The notes below the pieces were generated by a model. It worked only from the letters and a program-made list of their open reading frames with translations, searched no databases and was not told where the DNA came from. 64,000 bases of DNA from Phototrophicaceae bacterium (GTDB taxonomy: Bacteria; Chloroflexota; Anaerolineae; Aggregatilineales; Phototrophicaceae). The translations under genes were made by a program, and so were the position numbers. The stretch is from NCBI GenBank assembly GCA_965220615.1, contig CBDCQL010000001.1:207096-271095 (forward strand). Reading direction: 5' to 3'. Shown here one piece after another: positions 34,351 to 42,752 of the stretch (the stretch's first letter is position 1; each line of letters starts with the position of its first letter).

Positions 34351-35395
34351 TCCGCGCCGACGGCGCGCGCAGGGCATCGGCCAGGGTCGCGCCCGTCCGT
34401 GTCAGCCAGGTCTCGACGAGGCGGTTGCCGACCTCGAAGCCGGCCCAGGCGGGCATGCCGGCCGGCGGATGCCCGTTGAGCGCCAGCAATTCATCGCCGT
34501 AGAGCGCCCTGGCGTGGGTCAGCGGCCGGTCGTCTTCCAGCATGTCGGCGAGGATGGCGCTGCACAGCGCGAGGGTATCCGCATCCAGCGGGCGGGGCGG
34601 CGGCGGGCGGTCCCGGCCCATGACGACCCTGGCGCCGTAAACGTTGGTGACCAGATCGCTGTAGTCCGGGCAGTCGTACCAGCGGCGCGCGATGCGCGTC
34701 AGTTCCTTGTCCCAGTCAACGGGTCTGCGAAGGGTCGCCAGCCAGGGGTGCGGCAGGTCCGGTTGCAGACGGTGGGTCAGGGCCGCGGCGATGCCCTCCA
34801 TCACCAGGAAGTCGGCCAGATTGCGCAGCGTCCCGCGGCCATGGACGAGGTGCCGCAGGGTCTGGGCCCAGGCGCGAGCCAGCGCCGCCGACAGACGCTC
34901 CAGGTTACCGCCGCCTGGCCAAAGCCGCAGCAGGACCAGGCCGGGCACGGCGCCGTACACGCTGAGCCCGTGACCGAAGAGCATCAGGGAGCGGTTGGCC
35001 GAATCGCAGGGCAGCAGCAGGCAGTCGACCTGCGCGTCAGGCAGGGCCAGCAGGCCTTGAAGCTGCCCGAGGACGGCCGTCACCTGAGCGCGACAGTCGA
35101 GCGTTTCATATTGAGCGAATTCCCAGGCGGAGGCCTCCAGGCTGCGCGCCGGATTGAACAGCCCCCAACCCTGGGTGCCCAGGCAGGCCTCCAGGCCGTC
35201 GCAACCCGCCAGTTCCATTACCTCCAGCGCCGGCCAGCGATTACCATGGACGCTGCGGGCGCGGTACAGGGGTTCGATGGCCGTGCCGGGATTGAGGAGG
35301 AGCGGGCCGGCGCGGCGGAAGGTCTCCCGCGGATGGCGCGACTCTGTGAAGAGTTCGCGCAGAATATCGAGCGTGGCGTGAACATTGACGCGCAT
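34313..35395 (-). CDS. Hypothetical protein (possibly DUF2268-like predicted metalloprotease fold, motif degenerate)
   Basis: ORF 34313..35395 with coherent codon usage. The C-terminal region AGFEVGNRLVETWL...TLADAL resembles DUF2268. No clean HExxH. The 3' end overlaps mutY by 38 bp (convergent). Confidence 0.4.
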   Translation of the reverse strand: MRVNVHATLDILRELFTESRHPRETFRRAGPLLLNPGTAIEPLYRARSVHGNRWPALEVMELAGCDGLEACLGTQGWGLFNPARSLEASAWEFAQYETLDCRAQVTAVLGQLQGLLALPDAQVDCLLLPCDSANRSLMLFGHGLSVYGAVPGLVLLRLWPGGGNLERLSAALARAWAQTLRHLVHGRGTLRNLADFLVMEGIAAALTHRLQPDLPHPWLATLRRPVDWDKELTRIARRWYDCPDYSDLVTNVYGARVVMGRDRPPPPRPLDADTLALCSAILADMLEDDRPLTHARALYGDELLALNGHPPAGMPAWAGFEVGNRLVETWLTRTGATLADALRAPSARIIAESRFLDAPL

Positions 35396-35535
35396 GATGG
35401 TTGCATCATGCCGCCGGCCGCGGCGGTCGGCAAGGGGCGGGACCCAGGCGGCGCGATGGGCTGTTGTCGCCGGACTGCCGGTCAGTTATGATGGGACTGT
35501 TGTTCGCCAGTGAGGCCAACGAGGAGCGAAATTCC

Positions 35536-36402
35536 ATGAGCCAGAATATCGAGGATCGGGGTTACGTCCACCCCGAGAAGCTCGTTTCCACAGAATGGGT
35601 CGCGGAGCACCTGGATGATCCGCAAGTCCGCATCGTTGAATCCAACGAGGACCCGCTGCTCTATCCCTCCAGCCACTTGCCCGGCGCCGTCCAGATCGAC
35701 TGGACGGTGGACCTGAACGATCACCTCCGCCGCGACTACCTCGACCAGTCCGGTTTTGAGTCCCTGATGTCGCGCAACGGCATCACGCGGGATACGACCG
35801 TGGTGTTTTACGGCGACCGCAGCAACTGGTGGGCCTGCTACGCCCTGTGGGTCTTCCAGCTCTTCGGCCATGAAAACGCGCGCGTGATGGACGGCGGCCG
35901 CAAGAAGTGGGAACTGGAAGGCCGCCAGCTGGTGCGCGAGGTGCCCGTGTATCCCCACACCGATTACCGCGCGCCCGCTCGTGACGACCAGACCGAGCGC
36001 GCCTTCCGCGACGACGTACTGGCCCACGTCGAGGCCGGCAAGCACATGGTGGACGTGCGCAGCCCGGAGGAATTCAGCGGCGAACTGCTGCACATGCCCG
36101 GCTCGCCGCAGGAAGGCGCCCTGCGCGGCGGTCACATCCCGGGCGCGAGCAGCGTCCCCTGGAGCCGCGCCACCAATCCCGAGGATGGCACCTTCCTCAA
36201 CGCGGCCGACCTGCGCGCGATCTATGAGGAGGAAAAGGGCCTGAGCCCGGACGACGACGTCATCACCTACTGCCGGATCGGCGAGCGCAGCAGCCACACC
36301 TGGTTCGCGCTGAAGTACCTGATGGGCTATGACCAGGTGCGCAACTACGACGGCAGCTGGACGGAATGGGGCAACCTGGTCAACGTTCCGATCGAGCGCT
36401 GA
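35536..36402 (+). CDS. Thiosulfate/3-mercaptopyruvate sulfurtransferase (tandem rhodanese domains)
   Basis: ORF 35401..36402. ATG 35536 sits behind GAGGAG. Contains [10 protein letters not shown], and the active-site loop [13 protein letters not shown] (CRxGxR). Confidence 0.85.
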   Translation: MSQNIEDRGYVHPEKLVSTEWVAEHLDDPQVRIVESNEDPLLYPSSHLPGAVQIDWTVDLNDHLRRDYLDQSGFESLMSRNGITRDTTVVFYGDRSNWWACYALWVFQLFGHENARVMDGGRKKWELEGRQLVREVPVYPHTDYRAPARDDQTERAFRDDVLAHVEAGKHMVDVRSPEEFSGELLHMPGSPQEGALRGGHIPGASSVPWSRATNPEDGTFLNAADLRAIYEEEKGLSPDDDVITYCRIGERSSHTWFALKYLMGYDQVRNYDGSWTEWGNLVNVPIER

Positions 36403-36412
36403 GCGCCAGACC

Positions 36413-36868
36413 ATGATTCCGGCCAGGCTGGACGAACTGCTGGAGGACTTCTCCTTCATCAGCGACCGCAACGAACGCGCCGCGTGGCTGATTGACGCGG
36501 CCGATCGCTTCGACGAGGTGCGGGTGCCGCCGGAGGTGGCGGCACCCCCCTACGACGAGGCGCATCGTGTGCCGGCCTGTGAATCCGATGCCTTCGTCTG
36601 GGCCCTGCCAAAGGACGGGGGCAACCTGGATTTCCGCTTCGACGTACTTAATCCGCAGGGCCTCTCGGCCATGGCCCTGGCCGTCATCCTTAACGACTGT
36701 TGCTCCGGCGCGCCCCTGCAACAGGTGGCGGCAATCCCGCAGGACATCGTGCTGAAGATCTTCGGTCGTGAGGTCTCGATGGGCAAGGGTCAGGGGCTGA
36801 TGGGGCTCGTGACCATGGTGACCCACGCGGCGCGCGAGGAACTCGGCTCGCAAGCGGCCGGCGCGTAA
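36413..36868 (+). CDS. SufE-family sulfur acceptor protein
   Basis: ORF 36329..36868. ATG 36413 (MIPARLDELLEDFSFISDRNERAAWLID). Conserved Cys context VPACESDAFVW, then SAMALAVIL and GLMGLVTMV. Confidence 0.75.
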   Translation: MIPARLDELLEDFSFISDRNERAAWLIDAADRFDEVRVPPEVAAPPYDEAHRVPACESDAFVWALPKDGGNLDFRFDVLNPQGLSAMALAVILNDCCSGAPLQQVAAIPQDIVLKIFGREVSMGKGQGLMGLVTMVTHAAREELGSQAAGA

Positions 36869-36893
36869 AAAAGGCCCGCCAGGAGTGGCGGGC
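36867..36893 (-). terminator. Rho-independent terminator downstream of tRNA-Cys
   Basis: Stem GCCCGCC (36874-36880) pairs with GGCGGGC (36887-36893) around a 6-nt loop. In minus sense the hairpin is followed by CUUUUUU (the A-run 36867-36872 on the plus strand). Confidence 0.6.
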
Positions 36894-36908
36894 GCGGGCG
36901 CGCAGAAA

Positions 36909-36979
36909 AGGCGACGACCGGAATCGAACCGGTGATAAAGGTTTTGCAGACCTCTGCCTTGCCACTTGGCTACGTCGCC
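36909..36979 (-). tRNA. tRNA-Cys (anticodon GCA)
   Basis: Reverse complement is GGCGACGTAGCCAAGTGGCAAGGCAGAGGTCTGCAAAACCTTTATCACCGGTTCGATTCCGGTCGTCGCCT. It has a 7-bp acceptor stem (GGCGACG/CGTCGCC), a T-arm ACCGG-TTCGATT-CCGGT, and an anticodon loop CUGCAAA. CCA is not encoded. Confidence 0.9.
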
Positions 36980-37063
36980 GATGCCTCAGTATAGCGATTT
37001 GGGCACGCAGCGACAAGCGTCAGCGCCGACCGTCCGCGGCCCGCGGCAGCCGGGTCGCTGAGC

Positions 37064-38149
37064 ATGCGCGTCGCCATCGACGCCAGCCGCGCCACCGTCG
37101 CGCGCGCCACCGGGACCGAACATTACAGCCGGGAACTCATTCGCGCCCTGCTGCAGGTTGGCGCGGAGCACGAGTACCACCTCTTCTTCCGCGACGAGCC
37201 ACCCGCGGGGCTGTTCAGCGGGCGCAACGTCGTACAACACGTCATTCCCCTGCCGCGCCTGTGGACGCATCTGCGTCTGGCGGGGGCGCTTTGCGCGCTG
37301 CGCCCGGACGTCAGCTTCGTGCCGGCGCACAGCCTGCCGCTGTTCTTCCCCGGGCCGGCGCTGGTCACCGTGCACGACCTCGGCTTTCACCACTACCCCG
37401 CCGCGCACCCGCCGCGCGCGCGCCGCTACCTGGAGTGGTCGACGCGGCACAGCGCGCAGCGCGCCAGCCTGGTGCTGGCCGACAGCCACGCGACGGCGGA
37501 CGATTTGCGTGGTTTCTGCCAGGTCGCGCCGGAGAAAATCCGCGTGGTCTATCCCGGCCTGACCCCGCTCCCGATCGGCGACGCGACCGCCCTGCGCCGC
37601 AAGTACGGCCTGCCGCCACACTACTATCTCTTTCTGGGCACGCTGCAGCCGCGCAAGAACCTGCCGACCATCGTCGCCGCCTGGCAGCGCTGGCGCGCGA
37701 CCAACCCCGACGACAACGCGGCGCTGGTGCTGGCGGGCGGCCGCGGCTGGCTCTTTGACGGTGGAGATTACGCGGCGCTGGAAGACCTGTACCTGCCCGG
37801 TTACATCGACGATGAAGACCGCGGCGCGCTCTACGCCGGCGCGCGGGCGCTGCTCTTTCCCTCGCTGCACGAAGGCTTCGGCTTTCCGGTGCTGGAGGCC
37901 ATGTACTGCGGCACGCCGGTCATCACCAGCGTGACTTCCAGTCTGCCGGAACTGGCCGGGGACGCCGCCCTGCTGGTGGAGCCGAGGGACGTGAAGGCAA
38001 TCGCGCGGCAGATGACGCGCCTGCAGAAAGACAGGGCCCTGCGCAATCGCCTGGTCCGTTCCGGGCAGGCCCGGGCCGCCCGCTTCAGCTGGGAGCGGGC
38101 GGCGCGCGCGACGCTGCGGGCCCTGCAGGACGCGGCGGGCGTGGTCTGA
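37064..38149 (+). CDS. Glycosyltransferase family 4 (GT-B, Glycos_transf_1)
   Basis: ORF 37064..38149. MRVAIDAS...TGTEHYSRELI and the C-terminal signature LLFPSLHEGFGFPVLEAMYCGTPVITS. Confidence 0.85.
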   Translation: MRVAIDASRATVARATGTEHYSRELIRALLQVGAEHEYHLFFRDEPPAGLFSGRNVVQHVIPLPRLWTHLRLAGALCALRPDVSFVPAHSLPLFFPGPALVTVHDLGFHHYPAAHPPRARRYLEWSTRHSAQRASLVLADSHATADDLRGFCQVAPEKIRVVYPGLTPLPIGDATALRRKYGLPPHYYLFLGTLQPRKNLPTIVAAWQRWRATNPDDNAALVLAGGRGWLFDGGDYAALEDLYLPGYIDDEDRGALYAGARALLFPSLHEGFGFPVLEAMYCGTPVITSVTSSLPELAGDAALLVEPRDVKAIARQMTRLQKDRALRNRLVRSGQARAARFSWERAARATLRALQDAAGVV

Positions 38150-39957
38150 TGCGCATTCTGGTGGTGCAGCTGGCCGATGTGGGCGACCTGGTGCTGGCCA
38201 CGCCGGCGCTGGCGGCCCTGCGCGCCGCCCGGCCCGACGCGCGTCTGACCCTCCTGACCAGCGCCCACGCCGCGCCGCTGCTGGCCGGCAGCGGCCTCGT
38301 GGATGACATCGTCACGCTGGAGCGCGCCAGCGGGAGCCACCCCTTTGGCTTTCTGCGACCGGAAAACCTGCGGCGCATGCTGGCGGCCGGCCCGCAGGAC
38401 CTCGTGATTTTTTTGCACCATTTCACGCTGTGGCGCGGCACGCTCAAGTTCGCGCTGATCGCCCTGGCGGCCCGCGCGGGACGGCGCATCGGCCTCGACA
38501 ATGGCAACGCCTGGTTCCTCACGGAAAAGGTGCAGGATGAGGGCTTCGGCGCCATGCATCAGGCGGAATACTGGCTGCAACTGGCCGCCCGGGCCGGCGC
38601 CGACCCTCGTCCTCGACCGGCGGTGGTGGCGCGAGGGGCCCTGCCGCAGCCCCTGCCACCGGGCCGTTACATCGCCCTGCACGCCGGCGGCGGCGCGTCC
38701 AACCCGGCCCGCCGCTGGGCGCCGGAGCGCTTCGCGCAGGTGGCGGACCGCCTGCGCGAGGAAAGCGGCGCGCAACTGATGCTGGTCGGGGGCCCCGGCG
38801 ACGACAACCAGGCCCTGCGCGCGGCCCTGCGCAGCGCGGTCATCGACCTGACGGACCAGACGACCCTGCCCCAACTGGCGCAGGTGCTCGCCGGGGCGGC
38901 GCTGTTCATCGGCGCGGAGAGCGGCGTGATGCATTTGGCTGCGGCCGCCGGCGCGCCGGTGCTGGCCATCATGGGGCCGGGCAATGCCTCCGCCTGGGGG
39001 CCCTGGACGCCTGGCGGCCGCAGCGTCGTGTTGCGCAGCGCGCCGGTCTGCAGCCCATGCGGCTACGTCGGCCACAGCCTGGGCCTGCCGCGCGGCTGCG
39101 AAGCGCGCACCTGCATGCGCATGGTCACCGTGCCGCAGGCGCTGGAGGCGGCGCGCGCCCTGCTGCGCGGCGACTCGCCGGCGGCGGCGGCGGATGACCC
39201 TGATCCGCCTCCGCCAGGCCGCATCCACATTCTCGGCCTGCCGGTGGACGGGTTGGGTACGGCGCAATGGCTGGCGCTGGTCGAAGCCTGGATGACGGCG
39301 CGGCCACGGCGCGCGCGCCAGGTCTGCACCATGAATCCCGAATTCATGATGGCCGCACGCGGCGACGCGAATTTTCGTCACATCCTGCAGCGGGCGGACC
39401 TCTGCGTGGCGGACGGCGCGGGCCTGCTGTGGGCCGCGCGTCGCCAGGGAAGGACCCTGCCGGGTCGCATCACCGGCGCGGACGGCGTGCCCCTGCTGGC
39501 GCAGCGCGCCGCCTCGCGCGGCTGGCGCCTTTTTCTGCTGGGCGGGGCGCCGGGCGTGGCGGAACGGGCGGCCCAGGCCCTGCAGACCCGCTTCCCCGGC
39601 CTGCAAATTGCCGGCACCTTCAGCGGCAGCCCGGCGGCGGACGAGGAAGACGACATTGTGGCGCGCGTCAACGCCAGCCAGGCGGACCTGCTCTTCGTGG
39701 CCTGGGGCGCGCCGCGTCAGGACAAATGGATCGCGCGTAACCTGCCGCGCCTGCAGGTCGGCATGGCGATGGGCGTGGGGGGCACGCTCGATTATCTGGC
39801 CGGCGACGTGCGCCGCGCGCCACAGTGGCTGCGCCGGCGCGGGCTGGAGTGGCTCTTCCGTCTGGCGCTGCAGCCCTGGCGCCTGCGCCGCATGCTGCGC
39901 CTGCCGCGCTTTGTGCTGGCCGTGCTCATGGAGCGGCGTGTGCGGGCGCAGGCTTGA
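38149..39957 (+). CDS. Bifunctional fusion: GT9 (heptosyltransferase-like) N-domain + WecG/TagA/CpsF (GT26) C-domain
   Basis: ORF 38149..39957, with ATG overlapping the upstream stop (TGATG). N-terminus MRILVVQLADVGDLVLATPALAALR...GAESGVMHLAAAAGAPVL matches GT9. The C-terminal part, IHILGLPVDG...VCTMNPEFMM...ADLCVADGAGLLWAAR...LFLLGGAPGVAERA...LLFVAWGAPRQDKW, matches GT26. Confidence 0.75.
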   Translation: MRILVVQLADVGDLVLATPALAALRAARPDARLTLLTSAHAAPLLAGSGLVDDIVTLERASGSHPFGFLRPENLRRMLAAGPQDLVIFLHHFTLWRGTLKFALIALAARAGRRIGLDNGNAWFLTEKVQDEGFGAMHQAEYWLQLAARAGADPRPRPAVVARGALPQPLPPGRYIALHAGGGASNPARRWAPERFAQVADRLREESGAQLMLVGGPGDDNQALRAALRSAVIDLTDQTTLPQLAQVLAGAALFIGAESGVMHLAAAAGAPVLAIMGPGNASAWGPWTPGGRSVVLRSAPVCSPCGYVGHSLGLPRGCEARTCMRMVTVPQALEAARALLRGDSPAAAADDPDPPPPGRIHILGLPVDGLGTAQWLALVEAWMTARPRRARQVCTMNPEFMMAARGDANFRHILQRADLCVADGAGLLWAARRQGRTLPGRITGADGVPLLAQRAASRGWRLFLLGGAPGVAERAAQALQTRFPGLQIAGTFSGSPAADEEDDIVARVNASQADLLFVAWGAPRQDKWIARNLPRLQVGMAMGVGGTLDYLAGDVRRAPQWLRRRGLEWLFRLALQPWRLRRMLRLPRFVLAVLMERRVRAQA

Positions 39958-40011
39958 TTCGCGCGCAATTTGTGCCAGACTCGAAACAAACGGGAACCAG
40001 AGGAGAATTTC

Positions 40012-40491
40012 ATGATTGCAGCGACTGACATGACGACCATGCTGGCCCAAAACCTGTGGGTTGTGGGACTGCAGACCGAGGGCCTGACGCATGCCGACAG
40101 CATGCTGCAGTTGCCCTTCCGCGGCAATTGCCTCAACTGGGTGCTGGGCCACATGCTGGTCAGCCGCGACTACATGCTGCACATCGCCGGCGCGGAGACC
40201 CTTTGGGACGCCGACAAGTCCGCGCCCTACATGTTTGGCAGCGAGGCGATGACGGCGGATGCTGACTCCGTGCCGATGGAGAGCATCCTGGCCGATTTGC
40301 AAAGCTCGCAGGAACGCCTGGCGGAAGTCATGGCGTCGCTGGATGACGAAACGCTGGATTCGCCTTTTGACAACGAACGCGACGACACCCTGCGCAAGCG
40401 CCTGGCATTCATGACCTGGCACGACAGCTACCACACCGGCCAGACCGAGTATCTGCGTCAGTTGAGCGGCGTCAACGACAAGGTGATCTGA
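40012..40491 (+). CDS. DinB-superfamily (DinB_2-like) protein, paralog 1
   Basis: ORF 39970..40491. ATG 40012 sits behind GAGGAG. Contains NCLNWVLGHM and WHDSYHTGQTEYLRQL (His triad context). Confidence 0.75.
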   Translation: MIAATDMTTMLAQNLWVVGLQTEGLTHADSMLQLPFRGNCLNWVLGHMLVSRDYMLHIAGAETLWDADKSAPYMFGSEAMTADADSVPMESILADLQSSQERLAEVMASLDDETLDSPFDNERDDTLRKRLAFMTWHDSYHTGQTEYLRQLSGVNDKVI

Positions 40492-40533
40492 GCGACGCAG
40501 TCCTGCCCGAAGCAGAAAGAGGGGGTAGCGCCC

Positions 40534-41016
40534 GTGATTTCAACCGGGGAAATGATCCACCTGCTGGCGCGCAACCTGGAGGTCATTGAGGCCCAGACCG
40601 AAGGCCTGACGCATGCGGACAGCATGCTGCAACTGCCCTTCCGCGGCAACTGCCTCAACTGGGTGCTTGGCCACATTCTGGCCTACCGCGACGTCGCCCT
40701 GAAACTGGCGGGTGCGGAGCCGCTCGGGGACCAGCAGCGCGCCCGACGCTATACGTATGGCAGCGCGGCGATGCAGGCCGATGACGATGCCGTGCCCCTG
40801 ACAACCCTCCTGGCCGACCTGCGCTGTTCACAGGAAAGGCTGGCTGAGGCGCTGGCTGCGCTCAGCGAGGAGCAGTTGAACGCCGAAGGTTGCGACTATG
40901 GTGACAACTTGCGTGAGTGCCTGCTCGAGTTGGTCTGGCATGACGGTTACCACGCCGGCCAGACGGAATATCTGCGGCAGTTGACCGGCGTCAACGACCA
41001 GGTGATGGTGATCTGA
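40534..41016 (+). CDS. DinB-superfamily protein, paralog 2
   Basis: ORF 40534..41016 with a GTG start behind GAGGGGG. Same motifs as paralog 1 (NCLNWVLGHI, WHDGYHAGQTEYLRQL). Confidence 0.75.
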   Translation: MISTGEMIHLLARNLEVIEAQTEGLTHADSMLQLPFRGNCLNWVLGHILAYRDVALKLAGAEPLGDQQRARRYTYGSAAMQADDDAVPLTTLLADLRCSQERLAEALAALSEEQLNAEGCDYGDNLRECLLELVWHDGYHAGQTEYLRQLTGVNDQVMVI

Positions 41017-42042
41017 TTGTCCCTGCATGGATGGGTCTCGCGCCTGGCGGGCCGGCGGGTGCTGGTCGTCGGCGACGTACTGCTGGACGAGTACCTCAGC
41101 GGCCGCCCGACGCGCATGAGCCGCGAAGCGCCGGTACCGGTGCTGGAGTTCGAGAGTCGGCGTCACATCCCTGGCGGCGCGGCCAACCCGGCGGTCACCA
41201 TCGCGCGCCTTGGCAGCCAGGCGCTGCTGGCCGGCGTCACCGGCGATGACGACCAGGGGCGGCAACTGCGAGACCTGTTGCAGGCGCAGGACATCGACTG
41301 TGCGGGGCTGATTCGCGAGGCCGGGCGCGCCACCACGCTCAAGCTGCGCATCATGGCGCAGACGGGCCTGCGCTATCCGCAGCAAATGGCGCGCATCGAC
41401 ACGCTCTCACGGGCAGCCCCGTCGGAGAAGAGTCAGGACCGGCTGCTGGCCCAGGTGAAAGCGCTGGCCGACACGGTGAATGCCCTGCTGGTCTCCGACT
41501 ATTGCATCGGTCTGCTGACGCCGGACCTGGTGGACGAGTTGCGCGCTGCGGGCGTATCCCTGCTGGCGGTTGACGCCCAGGGCGAGCTGGGCAAGTACCA
41601 TGACTTCGGCCTGGTCAAGTGCAATGCGGAGGAGGCTGCCGCGTGGCTGGGAAGGCCGCTGGCGTGCGACGCGGACTTCACAGCCGCCGCGCGCGACCTC
41701 TGCCGGCGACTGCGCGTGACCGGCGCTGCGGTCATCACACGCGGGCCGCAGGGCGCCACGCTCGCCACGGCGACGGGTGAGGTCGAGCATTGCCCGGCGC
41801 CGGTCGTCAGCGACGTGTTCGACGTCACCGGCGCTGGCGACACGGCCATCGCGGTGATGACCCTGGCGCGAGCGGCCGGAGCAGACTGGCCGACAGCCGT
41901 CGCCCTGGCCAACGTCGCCAGCGGCCTGGTCGTGCAGCGGGTGGGGAATTACGCGCCGACGGCGGAGGAACTGCGCGCTTCCCTGCGGGCAGTGGCCAAG
42001 ACGCCTTCCGGGCCTGACACGCCCTCGCCCCGTATGCCCTAA
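41017..42042 (+). CDS. PfkB-family sugar kinase, RfaE domain-I type (D-glycero-beta-D-manno-heptose-7-phosphate kinase-like)
   Basis: ORF 41017..42042 (TTG start directly after the upstream stop). VLVVGDVLLDEYLSGRPTRMSREAPVPVLE and GGAANPAVTIARLG, with C-terminal DVTGAGDTAIAV. Confidence 0.75.
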   Translation: MSLHGWVSRLAGRRVLVVGDVLLDEYLSGRPTRMSREAPVPVLEFESRRHIPGGAANPAVTIARLGSQALLAGVTGDDDQGRQLRDLLQAQDIDCAGLIREAGRATTLKLRIMAQTGLRYPQQMARIDTLSRAAPSEKSQDRLLAQVKALADTVNALLVSDYCIGLLTPDLVDELRAAGVSLLAVDAQGELGKYHDFGLVKCNAEEAAAWLGRPLACDADFTAAARDLCRRLRVTGAAVITRGPQGATLATATGEVEHCPAPVVSDVFDVTGAGDTAIAVMTLARAAGADWPTAVALANVASGLVVQRVGNYAPTAEELRASLRAVAKTPSGPDTPSPRMP

Positions 42043-42207
42043 CTGTCGCGGTCAACTCCGCCAGGGAGCCGCCCGCATCAATGGAATCAGGTTGTGCCTG
42101 GGGAACTGGCCGCGTTTCGCATCCGCCAGGCCGCGCATGGGGATGGCGGCCAGCCCCGTCGTCACGCTTGCCTGGCCGCTATCGTCGAGTCTTCGCTCCC
42201 AGGCGGG

Positions 42208-42552
42208 TCAATCGGCCTCGCTCCCGGCCGTCAGCCGCTCCTGGCGGCCTTCAAGGCGGCCTTCGATGCGCGCCAGGCGCTGGTTGCCATCATCGACTTT
42301 CGTTTCGACATCGTCGATTTTTGTCTCCAGACGATCGATTCTCGTTTCCAGGCGCTGGATGTCGCCCTTGAGTCCCGCGCGCGATTTAGCGATCTCGCCC
42401 CTGAGTTCAGCGCGCGACTCAAGGATCTTGTCCTTGAGTTCCCTGCTCATTTCGGCGATTCTGCTGTCCAGACGCCAGACGGCGTTCAATACCACCATTG
42501 TCGCCACAAACCCTGCGACGACTGCCAGCGACAGCGTTGCGTCCAGGTTCAT
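42208..42552 (-). CDS. Small membrane-anchored coiled-coil protein (hypothetical)
   Basis: This is the 3' 345 nt of ORF 42208..43224, starting at ATG 42552. N-terminal TM segment LSLAVVAGFVATMVVLNAVW, followed by about 80 aa of periodic charged repeats (ESRAELRGEIAKSRAGLKGDIQRLETRIDRLETKIDDVETKVDD). The upstream part of the long ORF overlaps the sulfite-oxidase-like gene in another frame. Confidence 0.5.
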   Translation of the reverse strand: MNLDATLSLAVVAGFVATMVVLNAVWRLDSRIAEMSRELKDKILESRAELRGEIAKSRAGLKGDIQRLETRIDRLETKIDDVETKVDDGNQRLARIEGRLEGRQERLTAGSEAD

Positions 42553-42752
42553 CGGAATCGTCTTCTTGCCCTGCGTAAAGTCTAGCGACGTATTGCCCGT
42601 TTGCCAATGTCCCCAACCGGGCGGGAGCGGCACGTCGCCGGTGTGGATGATCAATGTCGGCGCCACTGTCGGCCTGGCAATTTCCTGCCGCTGAGTGGCC
42701 AGTTGGCGCCGTCCAGGTGTCGGCGGAGGAGCTTGAGCGCGCTGAAAAGGCC

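Noticed and set aside
36329-36412. Longer SufE start overlapping the rhodanese 3' end.
   Set aside because: The family-typical N-terminus (MIPARLDELLEDF) begins at ATG 36413, just after the rhodanese stop.
37831-40434. 867-aa minus-strand ORF spanning the GT4/GT9-GT26/DinB region, and the similar 31990..33945(-) and 59043..60374(-) ORFs.
   Set aside because: Same reasoning as above. The plus-strand genes (or, for 31990..33945, the TPR gene in another minus-strand frame plus mutY on the plus strand) have diagnostic motifs, whereas these ORFs read as RRRR/AAGG/QQ repeats.
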